NCBI GenBank assembly: GCA_043228905.1
Contig: JBHGNT010000017.1
Coordinates: forward strand, 620,001-684,000
From: Azolla caroliniana
Taxonomy: Eukaryota; Plantae; Polypodiophyta
Direction: 5' to 3'
DNA length: 64,000 nt
Part shown: piece after piece, positions 1 through 12,099 of the stretch
Position numbering within the stretch: position 1 is the first letter of the stretch
How the letters are laid out: every line of letters begins with the position of its first letter
Notes under the pieces: generated by a model
What the model saw: the letters and a program-made list of their open reading frames with translations, nothing else
Database searches by the model: none
Told to the model about the DNA's origin: nothing
Position numbers and translations under genes: made by a program

Positions 1-235
1 TCTCTTGACATCTTTTTAAAAAATTTCTCACCAGGCCTTCAGTTTCTTCCTTAGCATGGATCATTTCTTTAAATTCTTCATTTCGTCGAAGGTTCAATAT
101 GAATGAGAGAGAGAGAGAGAGAGAGAGAGTTTTTTAAGTAACAAAAATGAGTACTATACAAAAGTTCATGTTACAACAATCCCTCATCTTCACTACAAAA
201 ATTCAATAGCAATATTAAAATAAATAAATCTTAAG

Positions 236-3200
236 TTAAACAATACCCGGTCTTCTGTTCCAATTCTTTCTTCCAGATTTGTCTTTTACAAATATGTTTC
301 TTAGTTTATCCCACTTACTCTTCGTAGATCCCTCGACCTTACACCTCTCACCATCTGAATCACTCATTTCCGATACATCCTCATTTTCATTCTTTTCCCA
401 ATCACGCTCACTGGATTCGAAAGTTCCATAAGACATTGTTTGTGCCACATTTAATGAGAAAGCTCTCTCCAAGGCAGCTTTATGTTCCTCTTGGTGCTCT
501 TCCCTCAATGTGGCTTGCCTCACCATCCTTTGTGGCATTGGAATGTCCATAGCATTTTCTTTCTCAATCATTAGCTGCAAAGAAAACCTGTTTACTGCTT
601 GAAATCTCAAAGTTAAAAGCACCTTGTCATTAAATGTACTCAATCTTTACATGAAAATAGGAACACAAGAAATTATTTATATTTACGAAATATATGAAGA
701 CTCACACAAACGCACAGTCACCATAAAAGTTTCTGGTTTTGATTTTCTGTTTCAGTTTAAGAAATGTTTGGAGTTTATTTTATGTATGTATATATGCATT
801 TCTCTGATATTTATCTCTGTAGGCATGTATGTATCTGTGTGTTCTACAGATGTACAGAGATACATCATATATAGATGTATCTGTGTATCTATATACTTGT
901 ATGAGTTGTATCTATGTATGGATGAGTAACCATTGCCTCAAAAACACTTGCTGCAGGTCAACTCTAGTTATCTGTTTCATCCGCAGTCATGTTTGGAGTT
1001 TATTTTATGTATGTATATATGCATTTCTCTGATATTTATCTCTGTAGGCATGTATGTATCTGTGTGTTCTACAGATGTACAGAGATACATCATATATAGA
1101 TGTATCTGTGTATCTATATACTTGTATGAGTTGTATCTATGTATGGATGAGTAACCATTGCCTCAAAAACACTTGCTGCAGGTCAACTCTAGTTATCTGT
1201 TTCATCTGCAGTCTCAAGGTATGGTGACTTTCCTGCTACAAGATACACATTCAGGACTATGGCAGTTGGTTCCATGTAAGAACATTGAATACAGTTTACA
1301 TTTGCTAAAGTGGAATGCCAACTAAGTAAACTTTTTGATGTACTTAGTAAACAAGAACTAATCAATGCTGAGGTAGCTAATCTATTAATTGCACATAACC
1401 CTCTTAAGCATGGTGAGATTCGTAAACTTCAAGAAATTACGAGTACACGCAATTTTCGGTCCTCCATCTAGATCTGATCAGTAACCATTGCTCAATGCAT
1501 TTATATATGTATTTTCAGATTGGGAGGCCATGGAGTTTCTGCTTTAAGTTTTGTACGGAGGAGTTTCAAGGAGATTTCTATAGGTTGGGACACTGGAAAG
1601 CACCTAGCTGGGATGGTCTTTTTTTAGCTATCTTCAAGCCATTTTGGGAGGAGTTGAAACTCCCATGTTATTTATGATCACCAATTTTTGGCAGACTAGG
1701 GACACTACCAAAGTCTTCACAAGAAGAGCTTTTGAGGACTTTTCCTGAAAAGGTGATATCAAACATCAGCAGATTGGCATCCCATTAGTCTCATGCGAAT
1801 TGTGTACTTAACTTTCCACAAAACAAGTTGTCAATTATGTGAAGGATGTCTAATATAATGGCTTGTACCTCATACAATATAGTTTTCTGCCAGGGAGACA
1901 TACCGCATATATTTTTGCAAATGCTTACATTCGCATTGAACATGAATACTGTGCTCATTATGCAGAAGACATTTGGAAGGCCTTTGACGCTGTGAAAAAG
2001 AGATTATCTCACTGAAACTATGGGAAAATGAGGCTTCAGAAATCATTTTGCGAATTGGTATCTCTGCTCTATCAAAGTAGAGAAACTTCATGTATTTGGA
2101 GGGGAATTGGCAAAGCCTTGGCCTCTCAAAAAATCAGTTAGGAAAGGTTCTCTGTTTAGCACTGTCTTGTATACAATTGTCTCTCATCCTTTACTGATAT
2201 GGACCAATTAACAGACTGTGTCGTATATATCTTTCAGAAATTCAGATATGGTGTTCTGAAGTATACGCTGTCTACTATGAAAGAGAAAGAAGAAAGATAT
2301 ATTAACTTCTTTTAAGATGCAAAATGGCCTATGAGATGGAACAAGAGATTACATCTCAAAACATTTGTCTCTCTTTGCGGACAACATATGAAAATAAATA
2401 TTTGATAACTAAAATTTGTAAGGTACCAGAGAGAATGATGTATGTCTGGTGTTGGAGCATACCTTAGAGGAGCTTCTCCCTGTGAACCCCATGTGTCTGA
2501 AAGAAGGGGTGGGATTTCTCATGGGAGCTGCAATGTGTAAAGAGATCGAGTGTAATGTGTAATCAAGTGGCAAGAAAGAAGATGTTTCAGGATCAGATCT
2601 AATCCAAGTCTCATCTGGTATGTTGTGTTGAGGGTGAAGACTGGACTCAAGGCATTGATCGGCACCAGTCTCTGACCACTGGAATATCCTGATCAATTCT
2701 GCACCTACTAAGAACACAGCTCAAGAATCGCAAAGTATGATTAGTGCACTCAAACTTTTTGCCTCAGCCATGCTATTGAGGATCAATTTTAATAAATCTA
2801 AGTTGCTCCCTCTAAAGTTAGATTGAGCTGTGGCTTCGCGTCCATTGGTGGAGGAAAATTAGTCTTGCTAATTAGATCATCTAGCATCTTAGATATCTTC
2901 TCTGGGACGGCATTTCAGCCAAAGTTCAAGTGGATCAAGCACTACAAAAGATTCGCGTTAAGTTTTCGTCTTGACACATGTATGCTTGCAGGTGTTGCAA
3001 TCGCCACTTATAGGTTATATTCAGTTCTCCTTACCATTGATTTCTAGGCCAAGAAATCAACTAGAGAACTCCATGTCTGAGGTCCTTGAACAGTTTTGGC
3101 AAGCTAAACAGAATTAGAAAGGCCTTCACTAAGTGAAACTTGAATGCTTTTATGTGGCATATCAATGTCTTGTCTTGGAACGCAGCTTCACTGCTCAGTT

Positions 3201-6177
3201 TTGTAGCTTAAAACCAACTCTAGATGCAAAAGCAAGCCGCTTTGTGAAATGAACTAATGATCGAAAACTTTGGGAGTTAGGCATTGTCTCTTTGAGTTGT
3301 TGTGGACCATCATCCTGGCATGCCTATTTCGCAGTAAATTGTAATGCCATTACAAAGGCTCTTTCATGTTGGTATGGCATTACAATTTATTGTAATTTTC
3401 TTTTAGCCTTTGTAGGTGTCAACTCTGTACCCTTGCCCCTCGCTTGTCTCCATACGGGGTTTTTCTTGCAGCAAGTTACACACTGTCTACAATTAAGTTT
3501 CCTGCCTTAACCCTTCACTGACACTCTAGACTATTGACAGTCTAGAATATTCATGATGAGCAGAATTTCAGGGCAATCAGATTCTGATTGATATTGATTA
3601 TTTAGTTTTTCCCTTCAACATTCCATTTATGTTTATCATGTCTCTTATGGCATTAATGGGCATATTCATGCCCTACGTTTTGAATCTTATTTTTATCTTG
3701 ACATGTTGTGAATATTCTCCACGATTCTTCACTTCACTTTCTGATTCTCATTGGTATTTTAAAGCATTGCTAGAGAAAAATGAATGTCTGTTATGTTATT
3801 TATGCATACCTCCATATGAACAAACCAAGTACTTGAAATTAAAAGTACAAAAAAGAGAGATAATCATCAAAATAAGAGAAAGGAAGAGATATTTATTAAT
3901 GATGTGATGAGGAAATCATGCTGAAAATAGGTTCACCCATTGCTTCTAGAGTGCCTACGATCTATTTCAATATGAACTCTATAATGTCATTGATCGTCCG
4001 GTGTAGGTGTAGGTATATTAAAAGAACCACGGAACCATGTTTCTACCAAACCCCAGCTGCAATATGAAAATTTGGCCATGCCAAATGTTACCAAAAAGTA
4101 AGAGTTTCCAGGCAAGTGTTTTCCTCGCTCAGGCATTGTTTCAACCTTCTGGCTATGTTCAATCACATAGGAACTCAAAACAATAGCCTGTAACATACCT
4201 CTAATGCTCTTTGGGACTCTCTTTCAATCCATACAATAGAATGATCTGTTGTAGCATTGCAAGATAGAACAACGTGTTCAAATCTCCCCTCCACAGGTAC
4301 TGCAGTCCGAACCTCAGGGGGGTACCGTCCACACCTACATGGCATTAGGATGACTCTTGGTAAACAACAAAATCACAAGTTAAATGTGTTCTTCAATTAC
4401 AAATTCCATACCTGCAAAGCTTCCTCTCTACAATGTGATATAGACGTCCAGGAGTATATAGCCTCCTCGGGTCCTTTAGCATCCTTTCTTCTGGTATGCA
4501 TGTGTCTCTCATACATCGAAGGCAAAGCATACAAGGCAAACTGTTGAAAAGCATGAAAAACAAGTAAGAAAATAGAAGGTAGAGACCTTTAATTTAAATG
4601 ATGCCATGTGAGAATAAGATATGAAATGTTTTGAGCAATCGATTAAAATAATTATAACAGAGAGCTACCTCACCAGCAGATACACTTGAATATGTCCTCC
4701 AAGGGTGTTGCAGTGCGAGGCAGAAAATCATCCTGCAATAATTATTAGACCATTACAATACAGTCCAGGTTCTCAGTGCTCTGAAAAATGGCCTTCCTCG
4801 TTCACTAAAACTACAGCTGTGCTGTCAAACTTGTTGGTTGGAACTATTTATAACGTGAACAAAACCTGACAAAAAATGTACAAAGCATGCTCCTTCGACT
4901 TTTTTCCTTCCTGGTTGGAAATATTTATGAAGCGAAAAAAGTATGCCAGATACATGTTGATAGTCCATTAAATTCTTTCTATAAATTCCTGGTTAGATAT
5001 AGTGCTGGGGGAAACCTTGTTTCACTAAAATGCTAGTGAAAGTTTTGATCTTGCTGGTTGGAAATATGCAAGGAAGAACAAAAATTGAAAAAAAAAGCAT
5101 TACTTTATACTACATTTCTATGAGATTGTCTTAATTTCTCATCATTTCATATGATATCATGCACAGAAAGGAAACTCAGCTAATTCATTGTGAATCATTG
5201 ATGATTCATTTTTCAGCCAACCAATTCAAGCATTTTTTTACTTAGATTCGAACAACTTTTTATGCCAAATGTTATAAACAGAGAAGTAACCCTTCCTGAT
5301 GTGAATGGTGTAAATAATGTACAAGACAATCCATTTTTAGGCCATTTGCTGGATATAGGGAAGCCATCTTCTCCAATGTGAGTGATATAAATAAATAAGA
5401 TGTGAATGCATGTAATTTTTCTAGTTCATTTTAAACAAATATATATAAATTGATATCAATATCAATATTAACCTGAAGAATAACCGAATTGATGACATCA
5501 GCATAGCGAACAGCAAGATTAAGCGACATGCATCGAGCAGGAGCGAGGGCATAGCATCGAACCCTATCTCTTGAAATATCTCCAAGTCTTTCCCCATGTT
5601 TTACTGCCAATATTGAAAGCATCGCAGCGACACCCGAGCCCAAAGAATGTCCGGCAAATGTAAGCGTGTACTTAGGATGGTTCACAATAAGACCTCTCAA
5701 GGTCTCTAATTCTTTCTCCAAAAGCCAAGTCGCTGATTCTAGAAGACCATGATGAACATACCCACCATCAAAAAGCTCTTGTCCAAGCTTATTATCCAAC
5801 AAAACTGCATAATCACTCTCTCGACCAAGATTCAAACCACGGATAGCAACGACAATATCTTGTGACAAATGATCTAAGTAGATCAAGTAAGGTGGAGCAT
5901 AACCTCGGGTGTACCGATAATCAGCTCGTTTTTCCACACAATCAATGTCAATTTGGTAACCACCAGGTGGTGCCCATTTCGGATTTCGTAGGTCTTCTTC
6001 ATAAACAGCGAGCACAAGGCGACACATGCGAGGGACAGGTTCAAACTCAAGTGATTCGGCCGCTCCCCACCGCTCACTGTCTTGGGAGCCTGAGTGTATA
6101 CATCTCTTCCACGCCCATCGGGCACACGCAAGTAAATACACGCATTCTATGACTGGCACACCAAACGCTATAGACAT
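236..6177 (-). CDS. Class-3 lipase (Lipase_3 alpha/beta hydrolase), 5 exons: 6177-5473, 4732-4674, 4540-4412, 4334-4199, 574-236
   Basis: Exon 1 has IVVAIRGLNL, GYVHHGLL and the nucleophile motif FAGHSLGSG. Later exons read DDFLPRTATPLEDIFK, LPCMLCLRCMRDTC..DPRRLYTPGRLYHIVER, VRTAVPVEGRFEHVVLSCNATTDH and LMIEKENAMDIPMPQRM. All junctions are GT-AG with compatible phases. Confidence 0.9.
764..1213. repeat. Near-perfect tandem duplication of a 225-bp unit in lipase intron 4
   Basis: ATGTTTGGAGTTTATTTTATG...TTCATCYGCAGTC begins at 764 and again at 989. Confidence 0.95.
1480..3300 (+). mobile_element. Heavily degraded LINE (non-LTR) reverse-transcriptase remnant in lipase intron 4, antisense to the gene
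   Basis: Broken-frame motifs in LINE ORF2 order: KAPSWDG..FKPFWEELK (~1600), DWHPISL (~1772), VRKGS-like (~2137) and LRINFNKS (~2776). Boundaries are approximate. Confidence 0.6.
2277..2400 (-). mobile_element. Copy of a small dispersed non-coding repeat (reverse orientation) inserted in the LINE remnant
   Basis: Reverse complement matches 20058-20175 (GATGTAATCTCTTGT...ATAGGCCATTTTG...TTAAAAGA..TAATATATCTTTC). Confidence 0.7.
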
Positions 6178-6828
6178 TGTGGTTGCTTATTATCCTCAAT
6201 ATGAAAATCTCCAATCCAAGATCAAACTAATCTATCAAAGATAGGTCAGATTGATTTTATTTTGTTTTGCTTTGCTTTAAATCGAACCTCATTAGATTTA
6301 ATTCGATTTGATTGGCTGCCCAATTGCAAAGCAAAGATCAAGTCGAAGTTCAAAGCAAAGATCAAAAATATCTGTCGAGGGCTCAGATAAGATTTTATTG
6401 CATTTGAATCTTACTAAATTGGAGATACATTCTATCACTGGCACGCCCAAATGCTAGAAAATAGTTGCTTCCCAATATTCAAATATCAAATCAGATCAAA
6501 GATCCAAAAGAAAAATCAAAGCAAATCAATGGTGGGTAAGATCAGATATGATTGGAACGGAGGGCATTATATTTTGTTTGATTAGCTACCCAATTCAAAG
6601 CAAATTGAATCAATCCAATTCATATCTCAAATCGAAGCAAAGCTGAGAGAGATAAGACGGCTCAGAATCTGACTTGCGTAAGATTCGCTTAGATTATAGA
6701 TTGAACTTGGATAGATTAGACTTGACCTTTCCTTGCCTTTGGCAATGCTTTGCTGGAACTAGAGGATAAGAATTTCGATGGGTATTATACCTTCTCCTTC
6801 TTGTTCTTTTGCTTTCCTTCTCAGTAAA

Positions 6829-6831
<3 letters not shown>

Positions 6832-6880
<49 letters not shown>
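6832..6880. repeat. (GA)n microsatellite upstream of the lipase; similar (GA/CT)n tracts at ~105-128, 11596-11631, 30633-30666, 40326-40370 and 55206-55231
   Basis: Directly visible dinucleotide runs. Confidence 0.95.
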
Positions 6881-6883
<3 letters not shown>

Positions 6884-8109
6884 GGAATCTACTCTCTCTC
6901 TCTCTCTTTCTCTCTGTCTGTCATAAAAGATTGTTGGGGTTTTGTCATTCACAAGCTTGGCTTGGAGATGCCACTTTTCCTTTCCATTTTCAACAGAGCA
7001 GCACTTCTTCTGTAAAATTGTAATGCCAGTCCTGCCCAAATATCTATCCAAAGTTTCTTGTCAAAGGAATGAGTCTGAGAATGGCTGGCTTGGCTTCTCT
7101 TATGGCCATTCATTGCCATCCATCCGCCCATAACACCCTGCCCAAATGATTGTCCGGCTCCAGATGAACGCCCAAATGGGTGGGGGACATTACACATATC
7201 TTATACCCATCTACCAAAACATGACCCATCCAAAGGTTCGCTCCCGACTATCGGTTCCCATGACCCTCTAGAAGTTCCATTTCGGTTTGAACCTAATGAA
7301 GTTAAAACCTGGACATGCGTCGTGATCGTGCTACCCAACTTACCATATTCTTGCATAGGGTCTTAATTTCTTCATCCTGCTTGGTGAGTCCCACATCTCG
7401 AGTCTAATATATTCGTCCAAGAGTCGTCATGTCCTGGTAGCTAGTGATTCTTAGGGCCGGCGTCATCGAGTTCAAATTTAGGTTTTAACTCTACCATGCA
7501 TCATGAATCCCCACGCCAAATGCTCTTGTAAACCAAGAAATGTAGAAACCTTATGACCCCCAAAGTTAAAGTAAAATATCCTCACAATTCCCCGAGCAAA
7601 ATCTCCTTCCTTGATCATGGGGGGCATCCTTAAAGTGGCATTAGAGAAAAATACCTTTAATATACTTATCGTGGAGAGTGCGGAAAGGTTTAATAGTTTT
7701 GTAGTGGTATGTATGGACATCGACACGATGCACTCCTAATATATTTTAATTGCTCTTTTACTTTTACTTTATATCTATAAGGTTCTAACTTCCAAGTTCT
7801 CACCTTCTACATATGTGCATTGCACTAAGACAAGGATTCAAGTTTGTAAAGCTCAATAATTATGTACATTATATTGTCACATTTGGGTGATTCAACAACA
7901 AGATTCTTTGTTGTTCAATGACTCATGTGTATGACATGCCAAATAAGAGTGTGTATGTGAAAACGAACTCATATAGATGTTCAGTGCATTAAGAAGGTCT
8001 AGAGATTGATAAAATAGGATGAATTGATAATTTTGAAGTGGTTGGGCGTATTGTGCTGCAAATATGAATGCATCTCTTTTGTACTTAAAGGACTAGTTAG
8101 TTGACAAGG

Positions 8110-9830
8110 TTCTTTTTCTTCTTTTTTTAATGAAGATTCACCTTGGTATTAATGGAAAGATGCCCAAAGGCTACAACTAATTCATACAATAGATTATAAC
8201 CCTCATACCCACATGATACATCAACCAACATGTCGAGTATCAAAAGCCCTCATGTAGGGTCGTTCCAAGACGGGGGGCGGAAAAAGGCATCTTGGTGGAG
8301 TATATCTCCACTTTATTCTCTCTCCAAAAGAGGTGAAGACCTCTGCCTTTTTCCAAATTTCTCGAAATTGTTGTTGTTTATGAATCACAACTTCAAGCTC
8401 ACTAGGTATTGCCTCATATTGACCTCTTAGAGTATATAAGAGCATTAACCATATCTCCTTAGACTAAATCAACCACATTTTGTTTGACTTTCTGAAATAC
8501 ACATTTACATCTAGCCTTCCACAATACCCAAACTACTAAAGAAGAGATCGTAGACCAAACCTTGTCCTCTTCCAAGCAACGGATTGTTGTAGTATAAGAA
8601 ACCTCCAATACATGTCTTCCATTGGAGAGGAGAAGAAAATCAACATACTCTGTTTCATAGTTCTGTATTTCTTCGGCCAATCTTCCCCATCTCACAAAAC
8701 CCCAAGTGTACACCTATTTACCATAAATAGGATACAACATCCTCAACATTCTTTTCTAAACTGCTCTAGCAATAGGACATATCCATAAAACATGGTAAAC
8801 CGATTCATTGGGAGAACCACAACTATCACATTTTAAATCATGGCAATGCCCCTGCATCCATGACTTCACATGAATGCCATAATGTATCAACAACCATCTA
8901 AATAACACAACTTTTTTAGGAATTTGCATGGCCCATAGCCATTTCCAATAAGCATTCAACCAAGAGTTTGGTACATTACCAGATCTCCAAAATTTACAAG
9001 CTGATGGCATAACAACCACGCCTCTCCTTAGCAATTCTCTACCCATTTTTACCAAGTACTGAAAAAATGGGATTTGCTTACCTAGCATTCCTTGCGCTGA
9101 TATGGTTTGCCATTTCCACTCACCGGGATCCCACAAAAGGCGATCAATGGGCTTATTCTCATAGACCCACAATTCAGAGAGACCGTTTATATCATTTAGA
9201 TGTGGATTCAACATCCATTCTTTCTTCCACAATATACGAATATGCAACATACTCCCTTGAGTTACAATTCTGTCTTCCACAAAGAGAGAATGATGTCATC
9301 CAAAAGGCAAAACATCGAAGTAAAGGCATTCATGAGAGTTTTTATAACCCCCGACCCCCAATAAGACATGTAAGGATGAAAACATACCATACCAAAATAA
9401 ACTAGTTTGAGAAGGGTCAAAGGAAGACATCATAAAGACTCTATCCATTTCTGCATACATACATAATATTGCCTCCCCAAATTGTTCTACAAACATGGGT
9501 TTTGTTTTCCATCGTCGAAGAAGAAAAAGTCAGCCAATTCCGCACTGACTCAGCTTCACCTTTATCAAAGTCAACCCACTTCAACCTAGTTCTCTTCCCT
9601 AACATTACCCCCTCCTTTGATGTAAATAGTGGGTTCAATATGAGGGGTTGACGCAACCATTCCTCTGTACATGATGGTAGAGATTGGACTAATTGACAAG
9701 GTTCTTGTCTACCAAACAAGGATTTGGATTTGTTTATGTAACCTAATTTGTTTGAGCTAAAGTTGCACTTCGAAATATGAAAAAAGTGTGAATAGTCATA
9801 ATATTGACATTGTTCCAACAATCTCATATC
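8110..9830 (-). mobile_element. 5'-truncated LINE: 3' part of ORF2 with zf-RVT zinc finger, frameshifted
   Basis: Consecutive minus-strand ORFs with WKWLWAMQIPKKVVLFRW, CDSCGSPNESVYHVLWIC and WVLWKARCKCVF. The T-rich tract at ~8110-8128 is consistent with an A-rich tail. Confidence 0.8.
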
Positions 9831-11593
9831 ATATTTTGGGAAATTTCAGTCTTTGACATTAAACAAATTAAATTAGATCTTTTGAAGAATGGATTGATTT
9901 TCAATTTGTTCATATGCATTTGAATCATTGATACATGTGAGCTTGTCACATATTTATAAGATGTCCTTTTTCGTATTTGATAGCTCATAAATATTCAAAT
10001 TCTCGAAACATCAGGAACTTCTTTTTTGTCGTCAATATCACCCAATGGATGGAAGTGTGTATTAAGAGCTTCATTAAGATATCACAAAGCACTTAACAAA
10101 CACAAAGGTTGCATAATTAAGTTGTTATGAAAGTGCATATAGTACAAGTTTTTATACAGATTGGTATTAAGAAAAAATAAGATATCAAATATAGAGGCAT
10201 CCAAATGAGAATGAGAGTGAACACAAATGCAATTCCACTTCTGGTTGGGGTAGAGGTGAACTTAACATTGAGAGGTAAGTCCCATGGGGAGCAAGTAGGG
10301 AATTTATATGATAGTTATGTGTACTTTGTAAGGAAGAATTAATTTTGTGACTTCTTTTGCAACATCTACCATTCATTTACAAGCACCCATCCCCTCCCCG
10401 ATAGTGCCACCAAATGTAAGTATTCTCTAAACTATTTCGACAATTACCTACTTTTCAACTTGGTTCATTGTTAAGGGTTCAAGTAGGATGTTGGAAAGAC
10501 AAGTGAAGACATTTTTCAAACATCTTCAAATCCCTCCCACAAATTGGCTACTTTACTTTAGCAATAAACTCTCTACTTTTTATCCTCTCAACCCCATTAC
10601 TTAATTAATAGCATGAGAAAGGTCTAGCTCTAGAAAGTGAAAAGTGAAGAAGATAAAGGAAAAAACTAATAATTTGGCTTTCATACTTCTTTACATCTTA
10701 AGTGTTATAGCCTTTGTCCCCATTAATTATGGGGCAAAAGCCCTTATCCTAGAATTTACAAGATCTCTCCCTTGTTTCCTTGTACAAAGGTAAGTAATGC
10801 AAAAAACGATGCTACAATTGGGTTGTATAGCAAAATACAAAACAAGTACTACCGTACATCAAAGGCCCTATGGATTGAGGTATCATCTTTTATAAAGCTG
10901 AATTCTACTTCAGCTCAAGGCATGAAAAAGAATTAACTTGGGCCAATAGCTCAACAAATCAATAATCACCATTGAACTTCCCATTCTCATCTTTTAGGTA
11001 TCTACCGTAAGAGAGTCTTGACGAACTTCAGTGTCCACATCAATGGAACAATTGCATCGAGGTGCATTGTCACTACATTTGATAGCAAATTGTATCAGGA
11101 CGCTATGTTCTCCAGTATATCCAAACCAATCATCGTATGATAGATATCCACTTGATCTAATAAGCTTAAGGGGTAGTGCATGAAAATACCAACAAAACCC
11201 AAGTTTGACACTCCATAAAATGTTATGACACAATTGAGCTTAAAAGGCATGTTGAGATAACAATAACAACATGCCCGCTTTTGAGCACAACTTAGTATAT
11301 TAGTATTTTTTATTTCCCACTTGCAATATGAAGTGTGACTAAACAAAGATCTTGAGCTCAACATATTTTGCATGAATACATTTCATAGGAGAACGTGTGC
11401 TAAAGCCTACCCTTGTCATTAGTCAAGAGGAGATGCCTTTTTGTATCAAATGTAGTGGATACTTTGCAATATCTCACTCACTCTTCCATCATGACAAAGT
11501 AGTTGAAGATTTTATATAAGCACACAAATAAACCCCTACCTCGCAATATTGATAGCTATATTGTCTTTCTCGCAATAAAAATATTTCTTATGG

Positions 11594-11634
<41 letters not shown>

Positions 11635-12099
11635 CAAACTCATGTAGGCTACCTCTAAGTATTCTATATCCTGAATAAAACAAGTCTTGATTCTTTACTA
11701 GAATGTAATTCAGCAATACCCAACTTCTCTTTCCCCATTGGTATAACTATTTCCTCAGTAAGTTTAGTCAAGGTCTCTTGGATAATTGCCATTTGGTTGA
11801 GGAGAAGGGAAGATCTTTTGATCGCATCATATACCTTGGTTTTGGATGAAATAATCACTATTTCTTGAGTTATTCTCTACTGGAAAGACGACCAAATAAA
11901 CTTCACAAGAATGTTTTGCTACCTTACAACATGCAGATAAAGCTCACAAGAAAATCAAATACTCGTAACAAGAATGGTCGGCATGGCTAACTATATCAAT
12001 AATTATGTTTTCATAGGTTACTATACAAATAAGGATGTTTGATATCTTACAATCAAAAGACGAAGGTCACCGGAAACCTCGCTTTTCTTTTGGCCAAAA

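Noticed and set aside
7270-7340. Faint 5S rRNA resemblance (GAAGTTAA context)
   Set aside because: Too little identity to cytosolic or organellar 5S rRNA to support a call.
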